The position numbers were made by a program, and so were the translations under genes. DNA of 38,185 nucleotides from Chitinophagaceae bacterium (GTDB lineage: Bacteria; Bacteroidota; Bacteroidia; Chitinophagales; Chitinophagaceae). The DNA lies in NCBI GenBank assembly GCA_025351145.1, contig JANXWM010000329.1:1-38185 (forward strand), in the 5' to 3' direction. A model generated the notes under the pieces. It made no database searches. It was not told the origin of the DNA and saw nothing but the letters and a program-made list of their open reading frames with translations. This document shows positions 28,300-37,735 of the stretch, piece after piece; positions within the stretch are counted from its first letter, which is position 1; every line of letters starts with the position of its first letter.

Positions 28300-28357
28300 G
28301 TACAAGAGTGCGACGCAAGGATGCTTAATACTTATTCCGATGCCCGGTCCCAAAAAA
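28300..28357 (+). repeat. Dispersed element copy 19
   Basis: Exact core at 28300-28318, 23-nt spacer, GCCCGGTCCCAAAAAA abutting the TGA at 28358-28360. Confidence 0.95.
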
Positions 28358-28720
28358 TCACTTTATAAACTTTATAGAGAAAGGATATTTGTACAGCTTG
28401 CCTTCGCTTGCACGGATGGTGGCTACGATTACCAGTATAACAGAAAAAATACCTACCAGCCAGCCTAAGGTGATAATGCCTATTACTGTAATGATTAACC
28501 CGATAATAATGAGGATGAGGGTGATTTGAAAATTCAATGATTCTTTTGCATGGTAAGCCACAAACTTTGATTCGTCTTTTTTGATAATATAAATAATCAA
28601 TGGCGCAAGTACCGGGGCCACGAAAGTTAAAATATGCGATAATAATGCCAGTGTTTTTTCGTCGCTTGTTGGCGTATAATCGGGCAACATATCTGTGCCG
28701 AGAAAAGAATTGTTTGCCAT
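28358..28720 (-). CDS. DUF4870-like membrane protein
   Basis: A.LSH, PLIIY..KK, HAKESLNFQI, G..YKYPF. Confidence 0.9.
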   Translation of the reverse strand: MANNSFLGTDMLPDYTPTSDEKTLALLSHILTFVAPVLAPLIIYIIKKDESKFVAYHAKESLNFQITLILIIIGLIITVIGIITLGWLVGIFSVILVIVATIRASEGKLYKYPFSIKFIK

Positions 28721-28771
28721 GTTTTGGTTGTTTTAGTGAAGATAAACAAACCAAATGAATTGCACAACGGC

Positions 28772-31700
28772 TTAAACAGCAACTTCCTTTTTGGCTTTAA
28801 TTACCGCAGTGTGCATCTGCTTAAGGAAACGGTGCATGGCTTCCATGCCCTTTACATCGTCTGCAACCAACAAAAAGTTTTTGGCAACCTGTTTTAAACG
28901 GGCTTTGTTGGTACCGGTTTGCAGGTATTCCAAAGTGTTTTTAAATATGGAAGATTCGAAATAAGGAGAATCGTTTTTATTAATGAAATAGCAACGCAGG
29001 GTTTCCTGCTTTAAACTCATTTTCTCGAAACCCAGCGCCACAGCAAGTTTGCGGCAACGAACGGTGGTAAACAAATCTTCCACAGGTTTTGGTATGGAGC
29101 CAAAACGGTCAATCATTTCTGTATGAAAAGCAACAAGGTCTTCTTCTGTTTCGCAACTGTCTAATCTTGTGTAAAGCGACAAGCGTTCTGTAATACTTTC
29201 TACATATTCATCGGGTATCAATATTTCGAGGTCGGTGTCAATAGTACAGTCGCTTACAAAATCATCCTGCTTGCTGATCTCTTCCTTAAACAAATCTTTG
29301 AATGCAGTACGCTTTAATTCGCGGATGGCTTCGTCAAGTATTTTCTGGTACATCTCAAAACCGATCTCCGCCATAAAACCACTCTGTTCGCCACCAAGCA
29401 TATTGCCTGCGCCGCGAATATCAAGGTCACGCATGGCTATCTGGAAACCACTTCCCAAATCGCTGAACTGCTCCAATGTTTGTAAACGTTTTCTTGAATC
29501 GGTAGGCAATGAACTCATGGGCGGTGCCAGCAGATAACAAAAAGCTTTTCGGTTGCTGCGGCCAACGCGGCCACGTAATTGATGCAGATCGCTTAAACCA
29601 AAATGATGCGCATTGTTAATGATGATGGTGTTTACATTGGCAATGTCAACACCGCTTTCCACAATGTTGGTGCACACCAAAACATCGTATTTCTTTTCTA
29701 TAAAGTCGAGGATACGTTCTTCCAGTTCGTGGCCTTCTAATTGTCCGTGTGCAAAGCCAATACTCAGGTCAGGACAAAGGCCCTGTATCATTCCTGCCAT
29801 TTCCGCCAAACCCAATACACGGTTGTGAATAAAGAAAACCTGGCCTCCACGTTCTGTTTCAAAATAAATGGCATCGCGTATAAAATCGTCGTTGAACACA
29901 CGCACTTCTGTTTGTATTGGCTGGCGGTTAGGCGGCGGCGTATTTATGATACTTAAATCCCTTGCGCCCATTAAACTAAACTGCAGTGTGCGTGGAATGG
30001 GAGTGGCAGTGAGCGTTAAACAATCCACATTTGTTTTAAGTGTTTTCAGTTTTTCTTTATGGCCCACACCAAATTTCTGTTCCTCATCAATGATCATGAT
30101 GCCAAGGTCTTTAAACTTCACTTCTTTACCGAGCAAACCATGTGTACCAATGATAATATCAACCTTTCCTTCTTCTACTCTTTGGAGTGTTTCTTTTTTC
30201 TCCTTGGCAGATTTAAACCTGTTGATATAATCTACCGTAACAGGAAAATCTTTTAACCTTTCCTGGAAAGTTTTATAGTGTTGAAATGCCAGGATTGTTG
30301 TGGGTACAAGTATAGCGGCCTGCTTTCCATCCACACAACTTTTAAATGCTGCACGTATGGCAACTTCTGTTTTGCCAAAACCTACATCGCCGCAAACCAG
30401 CCTGTCCATTGGGCTGGGGCTTTCCATATCTTTTTTTACATCGGCTGTTGCAGTGCTTTGATCGGGTGTGTCTTCATAAATAAAAGATGCTTCCAGTTCT
30501 ATTTGCATGTAAGTATCCGGTGTGTGCGCAAAGCCATGCTGTGCCTTGCGTTGAGCGTATAATTTTATCAGGTCGAATGCAATCTCTTTTACTTTGATCT
30601 TTGTTTTCTCCTTCAGCTTGTTCCAAACATCGCTGCCCAGTTTATTGATCTTAGGAACCGTTCCTTCTTTACCTGTGAACTTAGAAATCTTGTGCAGCGA
30701 GTTTATGTTTACATAAAGTATATCACTGTCGCGGTAAATGATGCGCACGGCTTCCTGTATTTTTCCATTCACATCTAATTTCTGCAAACCACTGTACGTG
30801 CCTACACCATGATCGATGTGTGTAACATAATCCCCCGGCTGCAGCTCACGAAGTGTTTTTAAAGTAAGCGCTTTGTTCTTGTTATATGCCTGCTTAACCC
30901 TGTATTTATGGTAACGCTGAAATATCTGGTGATCCGTGTAGCAAACTACTTTCAGGTCTTCATCTATAAAGCCTTCGTGAATTGAAGTAGCAACAGGAAC
31001 AAACTGAATTTCTGTATGCAGGTCAGTAAAAATACTGTTCAGTCTTTCCAATTGTTTAGTCTGTTCAGCAAAAATAAAAATGCTGTATTTAGCAGCTTCA
31101 TAAGCTTTTAAATCTTTGATCAGCAGATCAAACTGACGGTTGAAAGACGGCTGCGCTTTTGTTTTAAATTCGATCTCGAAATTGGAAAGTTGCGGCTTGT
31201 AGCCAAACTCCACGATATGTCTTAACGCAAATAATTTTTCTATTGCAGCACCATTTACAAAATCATCGCGCCGTACATTTTTTACTACTTGTGTGTCATC
31301 ATCTTCTTCACTGTTCTGCATGCGGAAACCATCATCGAGCATACCCAGAAAACCTTCCAGGTCTTCTTCCTGCACGGCGATCTTTTCTTTAATTACATCC
31401 CAATCTTTCAGCCACACAATCGTGTTCTCCGGTAAAAATTCAAGCAGTGAAACTTTTTCGCCACTGTCGAATTGTGTTTCCACATTCGGTATAATATTTA
31501 CCTGCAACAGCTTGCGTTCGCTCAACTGCGTTTCAGGATCAAATATTCTGATGCTGTCCACATCGTTGCCAAACAATTCAACGCGGTAAGGCTTTTCATT
31601 ACCAAAAGAATAAATATCTAATATGCCGCCACGTAGTGCAAATTGTCCCGGTTCATACACAAAATCAGTACGCACAAAACCATACATAACAAAAAGTTCC

Positions 31701-32209
31701 ATCAGGTTATCGGGGTTAATAGTTTCATTAACCTTTATGCTGATGATATTAGCGCTCAGTGTTTTTGGCAACACTACTTTTTCAAACAACGCTTCGGGGT
31801 AAGTAACAATTATTTTGCGGTTGCCGCCGGTAGATAATTTGGTAAGCATCTCCGTACGCAACATTACATGACTCGAATTGAGCAGCTTAAAATTCTTGCG
31901 GTTCTTAAAACTTGAAGGAAAATAAAACAGGTCAAGCGCATTGGTAAGGTTCTCCAGTGTGTTGTGAAAGTAAGCCGCTTCCTCCGCATCGTTCAGTACC
32001 ACCAAATGATTTAACTGCTGACAGTTAGCATGCATAAAAACGCTGCTTACCACAAACTCCGCACTGCTGCCCAATAAATTTTTAAGGAAGATTTTTTCTG
32101 ACCTCACCCCTTGCCCCTCTCCGGCAGAGAGGGGAATAGAAAGCCTGTCCGCCAATTGAAAAAGGCGGGGGGAATTCTGATACTGCTCCTTCAACACACT
32201 TAAGTTCAT
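28772..32209 (-). CDS. mfd: Transcription-repair coupling factor
   Basis: RGGILDI, H.DHGVG.Y, MDRLVCGDVGFGKTEVA, DEEQKFGV, TATPIPRTL, QLRGRVGR, DLDIRGAGN. Confidence 0.98.
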   Translation of the reverse strand: MNLSVLKEQYQNSPRLFQLADRLSIPLSAGEGQGVRSEKIFLKNLLGSSAEFVVSSVFMHANCQQLNHLVVLNDAEEAAYFHNTLENLTNALDLFYFPSSFKNRKNFKLLNSSHVMLRTEMLTKLSTGGNRKIIVTYPEALFEKVVLPKTLSANIISIKVNETINPDNLMELFVMYGFVRTDFVYEPGQFALRGGILDIYSFGNEKPYRVELFGNDVDSIRIFDPETQLSERKLLQVNIIPNVETQFDSGEKVSLLEFLPENTIVWLKDWDVIKEKIAVQEEDLEGFLGMLDDGFRMQNSEEDDDTQVVKNVRRDDFVNGAAIEKLFALRHIVEFGYKPQLSNFEIEFKTKAQPSFNRQFDLLIKDLKAYEAAKYSIFIFAEQTKQLERLNSIFTDLHTEIQFVPVATSIHEGFIDEDLKVVCYTDHQIFQRYHKYRVKQAYNKNKALTLKTLRELQPGDYVTHIDHGVGTYSGLQKLDVNGKIQEAVRIIYRDSDILYVNINSLHKISKFTGKEGTVPKINKLGSDVWNKLKEKTKIKVKEIAFDLIKLYAQRKAQHGFAHTPDTYMQIELEASFIYEDTPDQSTATADVKKDMESPSPMDRLVCGDVGFGKTEVAIRAAFKSCVDGKQAAILVPTTILAFQHYKTFQERLKDFPVTVDYINRFKSAKEKKETLQRVEEGKVDIIIGTHGLLGKEVKFKDLGIMIIDEEQKFGVGHKEKLKTLKTNVDCLTLTATPIPRTLQFSLMGARDLSIINTPPPNRQPIQTEVRVFNDDFIRDAIYFETERGGQVFFIHNRVLGLAEMAGMIQGLCPDLSIGFAHGQLEGHELEERILDFIEKKYDVLVCTNIVESGVDIANVNTIIINNAHHFGLSDLHQLRGRVGRSNRKAFCYLLAPPMSSLPTDSRKRLQTLEQFSDLGSGFQIAMRDLDIRGAGNMLGGEQSGFMAEIGFEMYQKILDEAIRELKRTAFKDLFKEEISKQDDFVSDCTIDTDLEILIPDEYVESITERLSLYTRLDSCETEEDLVAFHTEMIDRFGSIPKPVEDLFTTVRCRKLAVALGFEKMSLKQETLRCYFINKNDSPYFESSIFKNTLEYLQTGTNKARLKQVAKNFLLVADDVKGMEAMHRFLKQMHTAVIKAKKEVAV
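32102..32135 (-). repeat. Palindromic repeat in-frame within mfd (encodes IPLSAGEGQGVR)
   Basis: CCTCACCCCTTGCCCCTCTCCGGCAGAGAGGGGA with a CCCCTCTC/GAGAGGGG stem. Confidence 0.75.
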
Positions 32210-32220
32210 AATCTGCGGCG

Positions 32221-32228
32221 CAAAGATA
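32221..32228 (-). promoter_or_regulatory. -7 promoter element for mfd
   Basis: TATCTTTG followed by CG on the minus strand, 11 bp upstream of the ATG. Confidence 0.65.
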
Positions 32229-32261
32229 ACTGCTAAATTTCTTTCACCGTTTTTTGTTGGA

Positions 32262-32321
32262 TTTTTTATGAGCCGGCCAGAAGGTTCTTTGTGGATCGGC
32301 TGTTGCGTCGCACTCTTGTAC
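32262..32321 (-). repeat. Dispersed element copy 20
   Basis: Exact core at 32303-32321, 24-nt spacer, tail GGCCGGCTCATAAAAAA. Confidence 0.95.
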
Positions 32322-32497
32322 AGTTGCGAATTTTGTGGGGCTTTTAGCGAAGCGGAATTTGAAGTTAATGTTGCTTACTAGACAAGCATACAAAGAAAAC
32401 TTTCAACAAACGGTTGATATATGTATGAAAATGGTAAACATTAGTTAATGAAAAAGTTTTATAATTTTGGAAAGTTTTATCTTATAAAAAAATATAA

Positions 32498-32701
32498 ATG
32501 ATAAATTCAAAAGATAACCTCCGGCCAATAGAATATTTTAATGTTTTAGATAAACATAAAGAAACAAAAAAGAAAGGGTGGTTTCATTGTTTTTATAAAA
32601 TTTATGATGAAGGAACAGAACATGTTTGGGCCGAAATTGAAGATGAATATGGAAATATGACTCGGACTCGGTCGAATCTTATAAAATTTCTAGATAGGTA
32701 A
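32498..32701 (+). CDS. Small hypothetical protein (67 aa), AT-rich
   Basis: ATG ORF with TAATTTTG at 32462-32469 upstream; beta-rich KGWFH...AEIEDEYG...IKFLD pattern. Confidence 0.6.
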   Translation: MINSKDNLRPIEYFNVLDKHKETKKKGWFHCFYKIYDEGTEHVWAEIEDEYGNMTRTRSNLIKFLDR

Positions 32702-32739
32702 GTGATGGTTTCTTTTTGTTATCGCCATAAAATAACCTT

Positions 32740-33330
32740 CTAACTATAAATAAGTTCAATTACATCTTTGACTCCTTTAATCTCCATGCTTTTCTGTATT
32801 GTTCCAACAATCTCTTTAATTTCTTCATTGTCTTTTAGTAAAATATAAAATTGCTTATTTACTTCAATAACTTCATCAGGGCGTAAATCCCTTGGTGAAC
32901 CAATTAAGCAAAGACAAGAGTTTGGATAATACGTATTTATTTTAATAGCATTTAAACCCTTGCATGTAGTCATGTACAAGATAAGTGTATTCGAAGATGC
33001 TTTGTTAATGTCGGCAAAATGTTTTGCCATCTCTTGCCACGAAAGTTTTTCTTTGGTTTGAATAAACTCAATCCCTTTTTCATCCCCATGAGAGAATATA
33101 TGAATTAAAAAACGCATCCCCTGTTCAGCTTTTTTCTTTATAATCTCTAATTCATTTAGTAATAATTTAGGGGTTGGGGTAAGATGTTCTGCTAATGCAT
33201 GCCGCAAACCCATGTCATCGAATGATGCTATCAAATCATCAAAAGCTAGGTTTTGGAATAATTGATTATCATCCGAACTTATACAATTTAGAATAATTAC
33301 ATAATCGATTTTTTCATTAAAATTTTTCAT
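32740..33330 (-). CDS. Hypothetical protein with a caspase/CHAT-like His-Cys dyad pattern
   Basis: FLIHIFSHG...LILYMTTCKG; AT-rich. Confidence 0.65.
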   Translation of the reverse strand: MKNFNEKIDYVIILNCISSDDNQLFQNLAFDDLIASFDDMGLRHALAEHLTPTPKLLLNELEIIKKKAEQGMRFLIHIFSHGDEKGIEFIQTKEKLSWQEMAKHFADINKASSNTLILYMTTCKGLNAIKINTYYPNSCLCLIGSPRDLRPDEVIEVNKQFYILLKDNEEIKEIVGTIQKSMEIKGVKDVIELIYS

Positions 33331-33512
33331 TAGATTTACGGGCTTGAGGTTTATATTATTAATTGCTTAAAAATAATCAAATAGAAAAACTCTATAAGAT
33401 ATATTCCTTGCACCAATGACACAGCAATAATATTGTCGCCATTGTTAGAGTTACCTCCAATAACTTTTACTTTAATCTTTGCTCCAATAAAAGCCCAATA
33501 TATAATCCAACC

Positions 33513-33571
33513 GCCGCAGTGTGCGACGCAAGTAAAGCTTCATTCATATTCTCTCAGCCTGGTACAAAAAA
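33513..33571 (+). repeat. Dispersed element copy 21 (variant subfamily)
   Basis: GCCGCAGTGTGCGACGCAA, 25-nt spacer, GCCTGGTACAAAAAA abutting the TAA at 33572-33574. Confidence 0.9.
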
Positions 33572-34315
33572 TTAATTACTGTAAACTTTACTGTTTGCCA
33601 TTACCTGGCGTATGTGTTCAATGCTCATATATCTTTCATGGGCATCGGGCTTATCGGGCTGTGGGGCAAAATCCGGGTTCATGGGCCTGAAGTATTTTTG
33701 CAGGTATTGGTTCCACGCAATTAACTGATAGGCGAGGCCGCGTTCAATGTCAACACTATCAGTTTTATTTTCAAAACGATCCATAAAGCTTGTTGAAATA
33801 TGCGCAACACCAAGCCCCAGCAGCCCTAACCCGGTCTGTTTACTGAAGTAAATTATATGCGATAGTTCGTGGCCCAATATTCCAATCTGACCGTTTATTT
33901 CGCAGTTTAACCAGGTAGGCATTGATCTGCCTTCCGTTGAATCGTTAATTACAACAAGGTAGCTGCGCTTGCCGCTGCTCCTCAGCAAACTGCCAATGAA
34001 TGGCCGGGTAGAAATAATACCACTGGTACTTTTCTCAATCTTAAAAGTAATGCTTATGTGCACCAGTTCGGGGAAATAAGACAGGGCAAAAAGTATCTGC
34101 TTTTCGTAACCAGCCGGCATAATTTTATTTTCTCCAAACTGCTTGGCCAGCATGCTATAGCTGGCATTTAGCAAAGAATCGGTAATAACGGGTATTGGCT
34201 TTCCGGCCACGATGGTGTCGTTGAATACATCGTCATTTACAGCAGCAAATGAAATGATTGCTATTAACAAAAAAGGCAGCAGGCAAACCCCGATTTTTTT
34301 AAATATCCTTTTCAT
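33572..34315 (-). CDS. Secreted hypothetical protein with HExxH motif (possible zinc metallopeptidase)
   Basis: Signal-like N-terminus; ALSYFPEL, GILGHELSH, downstream E..TD. Confidence 0.75.
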   Translation of the reverse strand: MKRIFKKIGVCLLPFLLIAIISFAAVNDDVFNDTIVAGKPIPVITDSLLNASYSMLAKQFGENKIMPAGYEKQILFALSYFPELVHISITFKIEKSTSGIISTRPFIGSLLRSSGKRSYLVVINDSTEGRSMPTWLNCEINGQIGILGHELSHIIYFSKQTGLGLLGLGVAHISTSFMDRFENKTDSVDIERGLAYQLIAWNQYLQKYFRPMNPDFAPQPDKPDAHERYMSIEHIRQVMANSKVYSN

Positions 34316-34398
34316 GCGTTACACATTAAATATAATGAAAGTTAGGATTTTTTAGTGTGTATGTAGAATATGTATGAAGCATCGTCTTGCTTTGCCTT

Positions 34399-34490
34399 GG
34401 TTCGTGTCCGTAAAATAAAATAAAGATGCCCCGGTACGTGTCTCCACGTACCGGAACATAACATTGTAAAGGTTCGTAAAGACATGAACC
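34399..34490. repeat. Cluster of GGTTCGTGTC-type palindromes
   Basis: GGTTCGTGTCC at 34399-34409; CCGGTACGTG-TCTC-CACGTACCGG at 34431-34454; GGTTCGTAAAGACATGAACC at 34471-34490. Confidence 0.6.
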
Positions 34491-34520
34491 CTTGCGGCCC
34501 GGGTATAAAAATTATCCAGA

Positions 34521-34547
34521 AGATGCCGAAATAAATTCGGCATGACG
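34521..34547 (-). repeat. CGTC-type REP-like palindrome
   Basis: Minus strand CGTC-ATGCCGAA-TTTAT-TTCGGCAT-CT. Confidence 0.7.
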
Positions 34548-34610
34548 GCTTACTGGCTTATTGTTCGCTTTAATCTACGCTGCGATAAAAGCTCAATATA
34601 CAATCCAACC

Positions 34611-34669
34611 GCTGCAGAGTGCGACGCAAGTAAAGCTTTATACATTTCAAAAGCTGGGCTCAAAAAAAA
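34611..34669 (+). repeat. Dispersed element copy 22 (variant subfamily)
   Basis: GCTGCAGAGTGCGACGCAA, 23-nt spacer, GCTGGGCTCAAAAAAAA. Confidence 0.9.
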
Positions 34670-34719
34670 TGCTTGTTTCATTTACTGGTTTATCGCTTAA
34701 TTTTAAGCAAACTTGTTAT

Positions 34720-35580
34720 ATGAAAAAACTTTGGTTGCTTCTTTTGTGCATGCCATTTTATGCGCCGTTAATGGCGCAGGGCAGTAAGGTGTTTGACAAC
34801 CTGTCCGTGAAAAGCAAAATATTAAATATGGACCGGAAGTATGCTATTTATCTTCCTCCAGGCTATGAAACATCGGAGCGAAGTTATCCTGTTTTATACC
34901 TGCTGCATGGCGGCGGCGATGATCAAACCGGTTGGGTGCAATTTGGCGAAGTGCAGAACATTACTGACAAAGCCATCAGCGAAGGAACGGCAACGCCAAT
35001 GATCATTGTAATGCCTGATGCAAATACGGGTACTCGTGGTTATTCAAACAACGCAACAGGCACATGGCGTTATGAAGATTTCTTTTTCCAGGAGCTGATG
35101 CCTTATGTTGAAAAGACTTACCGCATAAAAGCCGAGAAACGTTACCGTGCTGTTTCGGGTTTATCGATGGGTGGCGATGGTACGTTTACTTATGCACTGC
35201 ACCACCCCGAATTATTTTCATCTGCATGTCCATTAAGTGCAGGCACAGGGCCGCTTACAATGGAAGATGCAAAAACACGTTTAACGAAAGACAATCCGAA
35301 TATTGCTGATACCGCAATTGCTTCTTACTATAACCGGCAAAGTGTGCTGGTATTAATTAACAACGTGCCCGACAGTTTAAAAAAAGCAGTGCGCTGGTAT
35401 ATTGATTGTGGTGATGATGATTTTTTATATGAAGGGAATTCACTGGCACATATTGCCATGCGCAAAAAAGAAATACCGCATGAATTCCGTACAAAGGATG
35501 GCGGCCATAACTGGACTTACTGGCGCACTGCATTGCCTGTTGTACTGGAATTTGTGTCGCAGGGCTTTCACCAGTATTAG
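34720..35580 (+). CDS. Secreted esterase (alpha/beta hydrolase, CE1-like)
   Basis: YPVLYLLHG, GLSMGG, CGDDD, GGHNW.YW; start MKKLW at 34720 because the upstream part of the tracked ORF is repeat DNA. Confidence 0.9.
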   Translation: MKKLWLLLLCMPFYAPLMAQGSKVFDNLSVKSKILNMDRKYAIYLPPGYETSERSYPVLYLLHGGGDDQTGWVQFGEVQNITDKAISEGTATPMIIVMPDANTGTRGYSNNATGTWRYEDFFFQELMPYVEKTYRIKAEKRYRAVSGLSMGGDGTFTYALHHPELFSSACPLSAGTGPLTMEDAKTRLTKDNPNIADTAIASYYNRQSVLVLINNVPDSLKKAVRWYIDCGDDDFLYEGNSLAHIAMRKKEIPHEFRTKDGGHNWTYWRTALPVVLEFVSQGFHQY

Positions 35581-35626
35581 CATAAATATATAAGCTGCAG
35601 AAACCTTATTATACCTTAATGCAGAT

Positions 35627-35634
35627 TACATTTG
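35627..35634 (+). promoter_or_regulatory. Possible -7 promoter element
   Basis: TACATTTG, 16 bp upstream of ATG 35651. Confidence 0.45.
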
Positions 35635-35650
35635 GCGTAACATAAAAAAT

Positions 35651-36082
35651 ATGAATCATCTTAAAAGATATTGTTGCCTGCTTGGTTTTGTTATTACAAC
35701 TGCCGTATGCCATGGGCAACAGGTAAACTTTGTAACCCAGGGAAACCTGCGTACTGTATTTGACCTTGCAAAGGCACAAAACAAAAAAGTTTTTTTAGAA
35801 GTGTTTGCTTCCGACTGCCACACCTGCATGCTTTTTGAACCCATTTTCAAAGACCCGAAAGTGGCCAAATATTATAACGAACATTTTATCAGCTACAGGC
35901 TTGAAGCCAATTCAATGGAAACGCAGGCGTTTCTGCAAAAGCAAAAAGTAAATGTAGTTTCTACACCCACTTTTCTTTTTTATGGCACAGATGTAAAGCT
36001 CATTTACATGGCTGCATTAACAGATAAACAGAATACGGCAGCAATTGTATTACAGCACGCAGCCACAGCATTGAAAAAATAA
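35651..36082 (+). CDS. Exported thioredoxin-family protein
   Basis: AKAQNKKVFL...CHTC (CxxC)...TPTFLF. Confidence 0.85.
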   Translation: MNHLKRYCCLLGFVITTAVCHGQQVNFVTQGNLRTVFDLAKAQNKKVFLEVFASDCHTCMLFEPIFKDPKVAKYYNEHFISYRLEANSMETQAFLQKQKVNVVSTPTFLFYGTDVKLIYMAALTDKQNTAAIVLQHAATALKK

Positions 36083-36088
36083 ATTCTT

Positions 36089-36799
36089 ATGAAAAAGTTT
36101 ATTCAGGTAACCATAATTGCTTCGGCAATTTTTTTCTGCGGTTCGCATTCTATAGCACAACCGCACAGCCTTTTTAATGGTAAAGATTTAAGCGGCTGGC
36201 ATGTGGATGTTCCTGCAATGGATACCGATAAGGCGGCCATCAATCCATTCATTGTGCGCAATGGAATGCTGGTAAGCCTTGGTACGCCGGGCGGCCATCT
36301 TATTACCGATTCTGTTTACCATAACTACCGGTTAAATGTTGAATACCGTTTTGCCGGTGTGCCCGGAAACTGCGGTGTGCTTGTGTTTGCCAGCACGCCA
36401 CGTGCTTTGTATAAGATGTTTCCGAAGTCTATTGAGGTGCAAATGCAGCATGGCGATGCAGGCGATTTCTGGTGCATAGTAGAAGATATTACTGTGCCCG
36501 ATATGGAAAAACGCCGCGGGCCAAAAGCCGACTGGGGAATTACAGAAGGCAAGGGAAGGCGCATCTTAAACCTTACCGACAGCTCTGAAAAACCTGTGGG
36601 CGAATGGAACAGCATGACCATTGAAGTGGAGGGCAATTCAATAAAAGTTTGGGTAAACGGCGACCTGGTAAATTATGGTTATAATTCTACTGCTGATAAA
36701 GGAAGTATTGCCCTGCAGGCTGAAGGTTCGGAAGTGGAATTTCGTAGGGTGGAGATAATGCCCATTAAAAAACTCAGCAGTAAACAAAACACGCATTAG
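36089..36799 (+). CDS. DUF1080 (3-keto-disaccharide hydrolase-like) protein
   Basis: LFNGKDLSGW, GN.G, EVQM, GEWN, VNG, G.IALQAEG..VEFR. Confidence 0.9.
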   Translation: MKKFIQVTIIASAIFFCGSHSIAQPHSLFNGKDLSGWHVDVPAMDTDKAAINPFIVRNGMLVSLGTPGGHLITDSVYHNYRLNVEYRFAGVPGNCGVLVFASTPRALYKMFPKSIEVQMQHGDAGDFWCIVEDITVPDMEKRRGPKADWGITEGKGRRILNLTDSSEKPVGEWNSMTIEVEGNSIKVWVNGDLVNYGYNSTADKGSIALQAEGSEVEFRRVEIMPIKKLSSKQNTH

Positions 36800-37624
36800 A
36801 TGATAAAAATTATCGCCTGCTTCCTGGTATTGCAGTTAACCTTTACCCATGTTATCGCACAAAACAAAACTGTTGATTACGGCAACAATCCATCGGCAGG
36901 AAAATATTATAACATACGTGGTTTTAAAATGTATTGCGAAGTATATGGCAGCGGCAAACCGCTCCTCCTGATTCATGGCAATGGCGGCAACATCAGTGCG
37001 TTCAAAAACAATATTTCTTATTTCGCAAAAAAATATAAAGTAATTGCTGTTGACAGCCGTGCCCACGGCAAATCAACAGACAACAGTGATTCATTAAGTT
37101 TCGAAATGATGGCAGATGATTTTGCTGCTTTACTCACTGCCATGCACATTGATTCGGCTTATGTTATCGGCTGGAGCGATGGCGGTATCAATGCTTTGCT
37201 GCTCGCCATGCGCCACCCTGAAAAAGTAATAAAGCTTGCTTCAACCGGTGCAAATTTGTGGCCCGATTCTACGGCGCTCATCCCTTCGTTGTGGAAAGAC
37301 GAAAAAAGAAATTTTGATGAGCATGCAAATAAACCTTTCGGTAAGGCGAAAGAAAAAAACGACTGGAAAATATTTATGCTCGACTGGCTGCAGCCCAACA
37401 TTCCATTATCGCAACTGCATTCCATACAATGTCCTTCACTGATCATCAGCGGCGATCACGATTTAATTACGTTAGAGCATACCGTGCAAATTTACCAGAA
37501 CATTCCCCATGCGTATTTATGGATATTGCCCAACTCAAGCCACGGAACATTGATAGACCATAAAGATGATTTCAATAAAAAAGTGGATGATTTTTTTACA
37601 ATGCCTTTTCATAGCTGGAACTAG
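36800..37624 (+). CDS. Secreted alpha/beta hydrolase
   Basis: LLIHGNGG, DSRAHGKS, GWSDGG, GDHD, SH. Confidence 0.92.
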   Translation: MIKIIACFLVLQLTFTHVIAQNKTVDYGNNPSAGKYYNIRGFKMYCEVYGSGKPLLLIHGNGGNISAFKNNISYFAKKYKVIAVDSRAHGKSTDNSDSLSFEMMADDFAALLTAMHIDSAYVIGWSDGGINALLLAMRHPEKVIKLASTGANLWPDSTALIPSLWKDEKRNFDEHANKPFGKAKEKNDWKIFMLDWLQPNIPLSQLHSIQCPSLIISGDHDLITLEHTVQIYQNIPHAYLWILPNSSHGTLIDHKDDFNKKVDDFFTMPFHSWN

Positions 37625-37628
37625 AATA

Positions 37629-37687
37629 TTTTGAGCCAGGCAAAAGAAGTTTTTCATGGCATCGTCCCTTGCGTCGCACTCTTGTGC
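37629..37687 (-). repeat. Dispersed element copy 23
   Basis: TTGCGTCGCACTCTTGTGC at 37669-37687, 27-nt spacer, tail GCCTGGCTCAAAA. Confidence 0.9.
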
Positions 37688-37735
37688 TGAGGTAATTCTA
37701 CCGATCACACGAAGATGATCTAAGCGTGTAGCTTT

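Noticed and set aside
29235-31837. Several plus-strand ORFs within mfd
   Set aside because: Antisense shadows of a conserved gene
34561-34719. N-terminal 53 aa of the tracked esterase ORF
   Set aside because: Largely translation of repeat copy 22; the signal peptide begins at 34720
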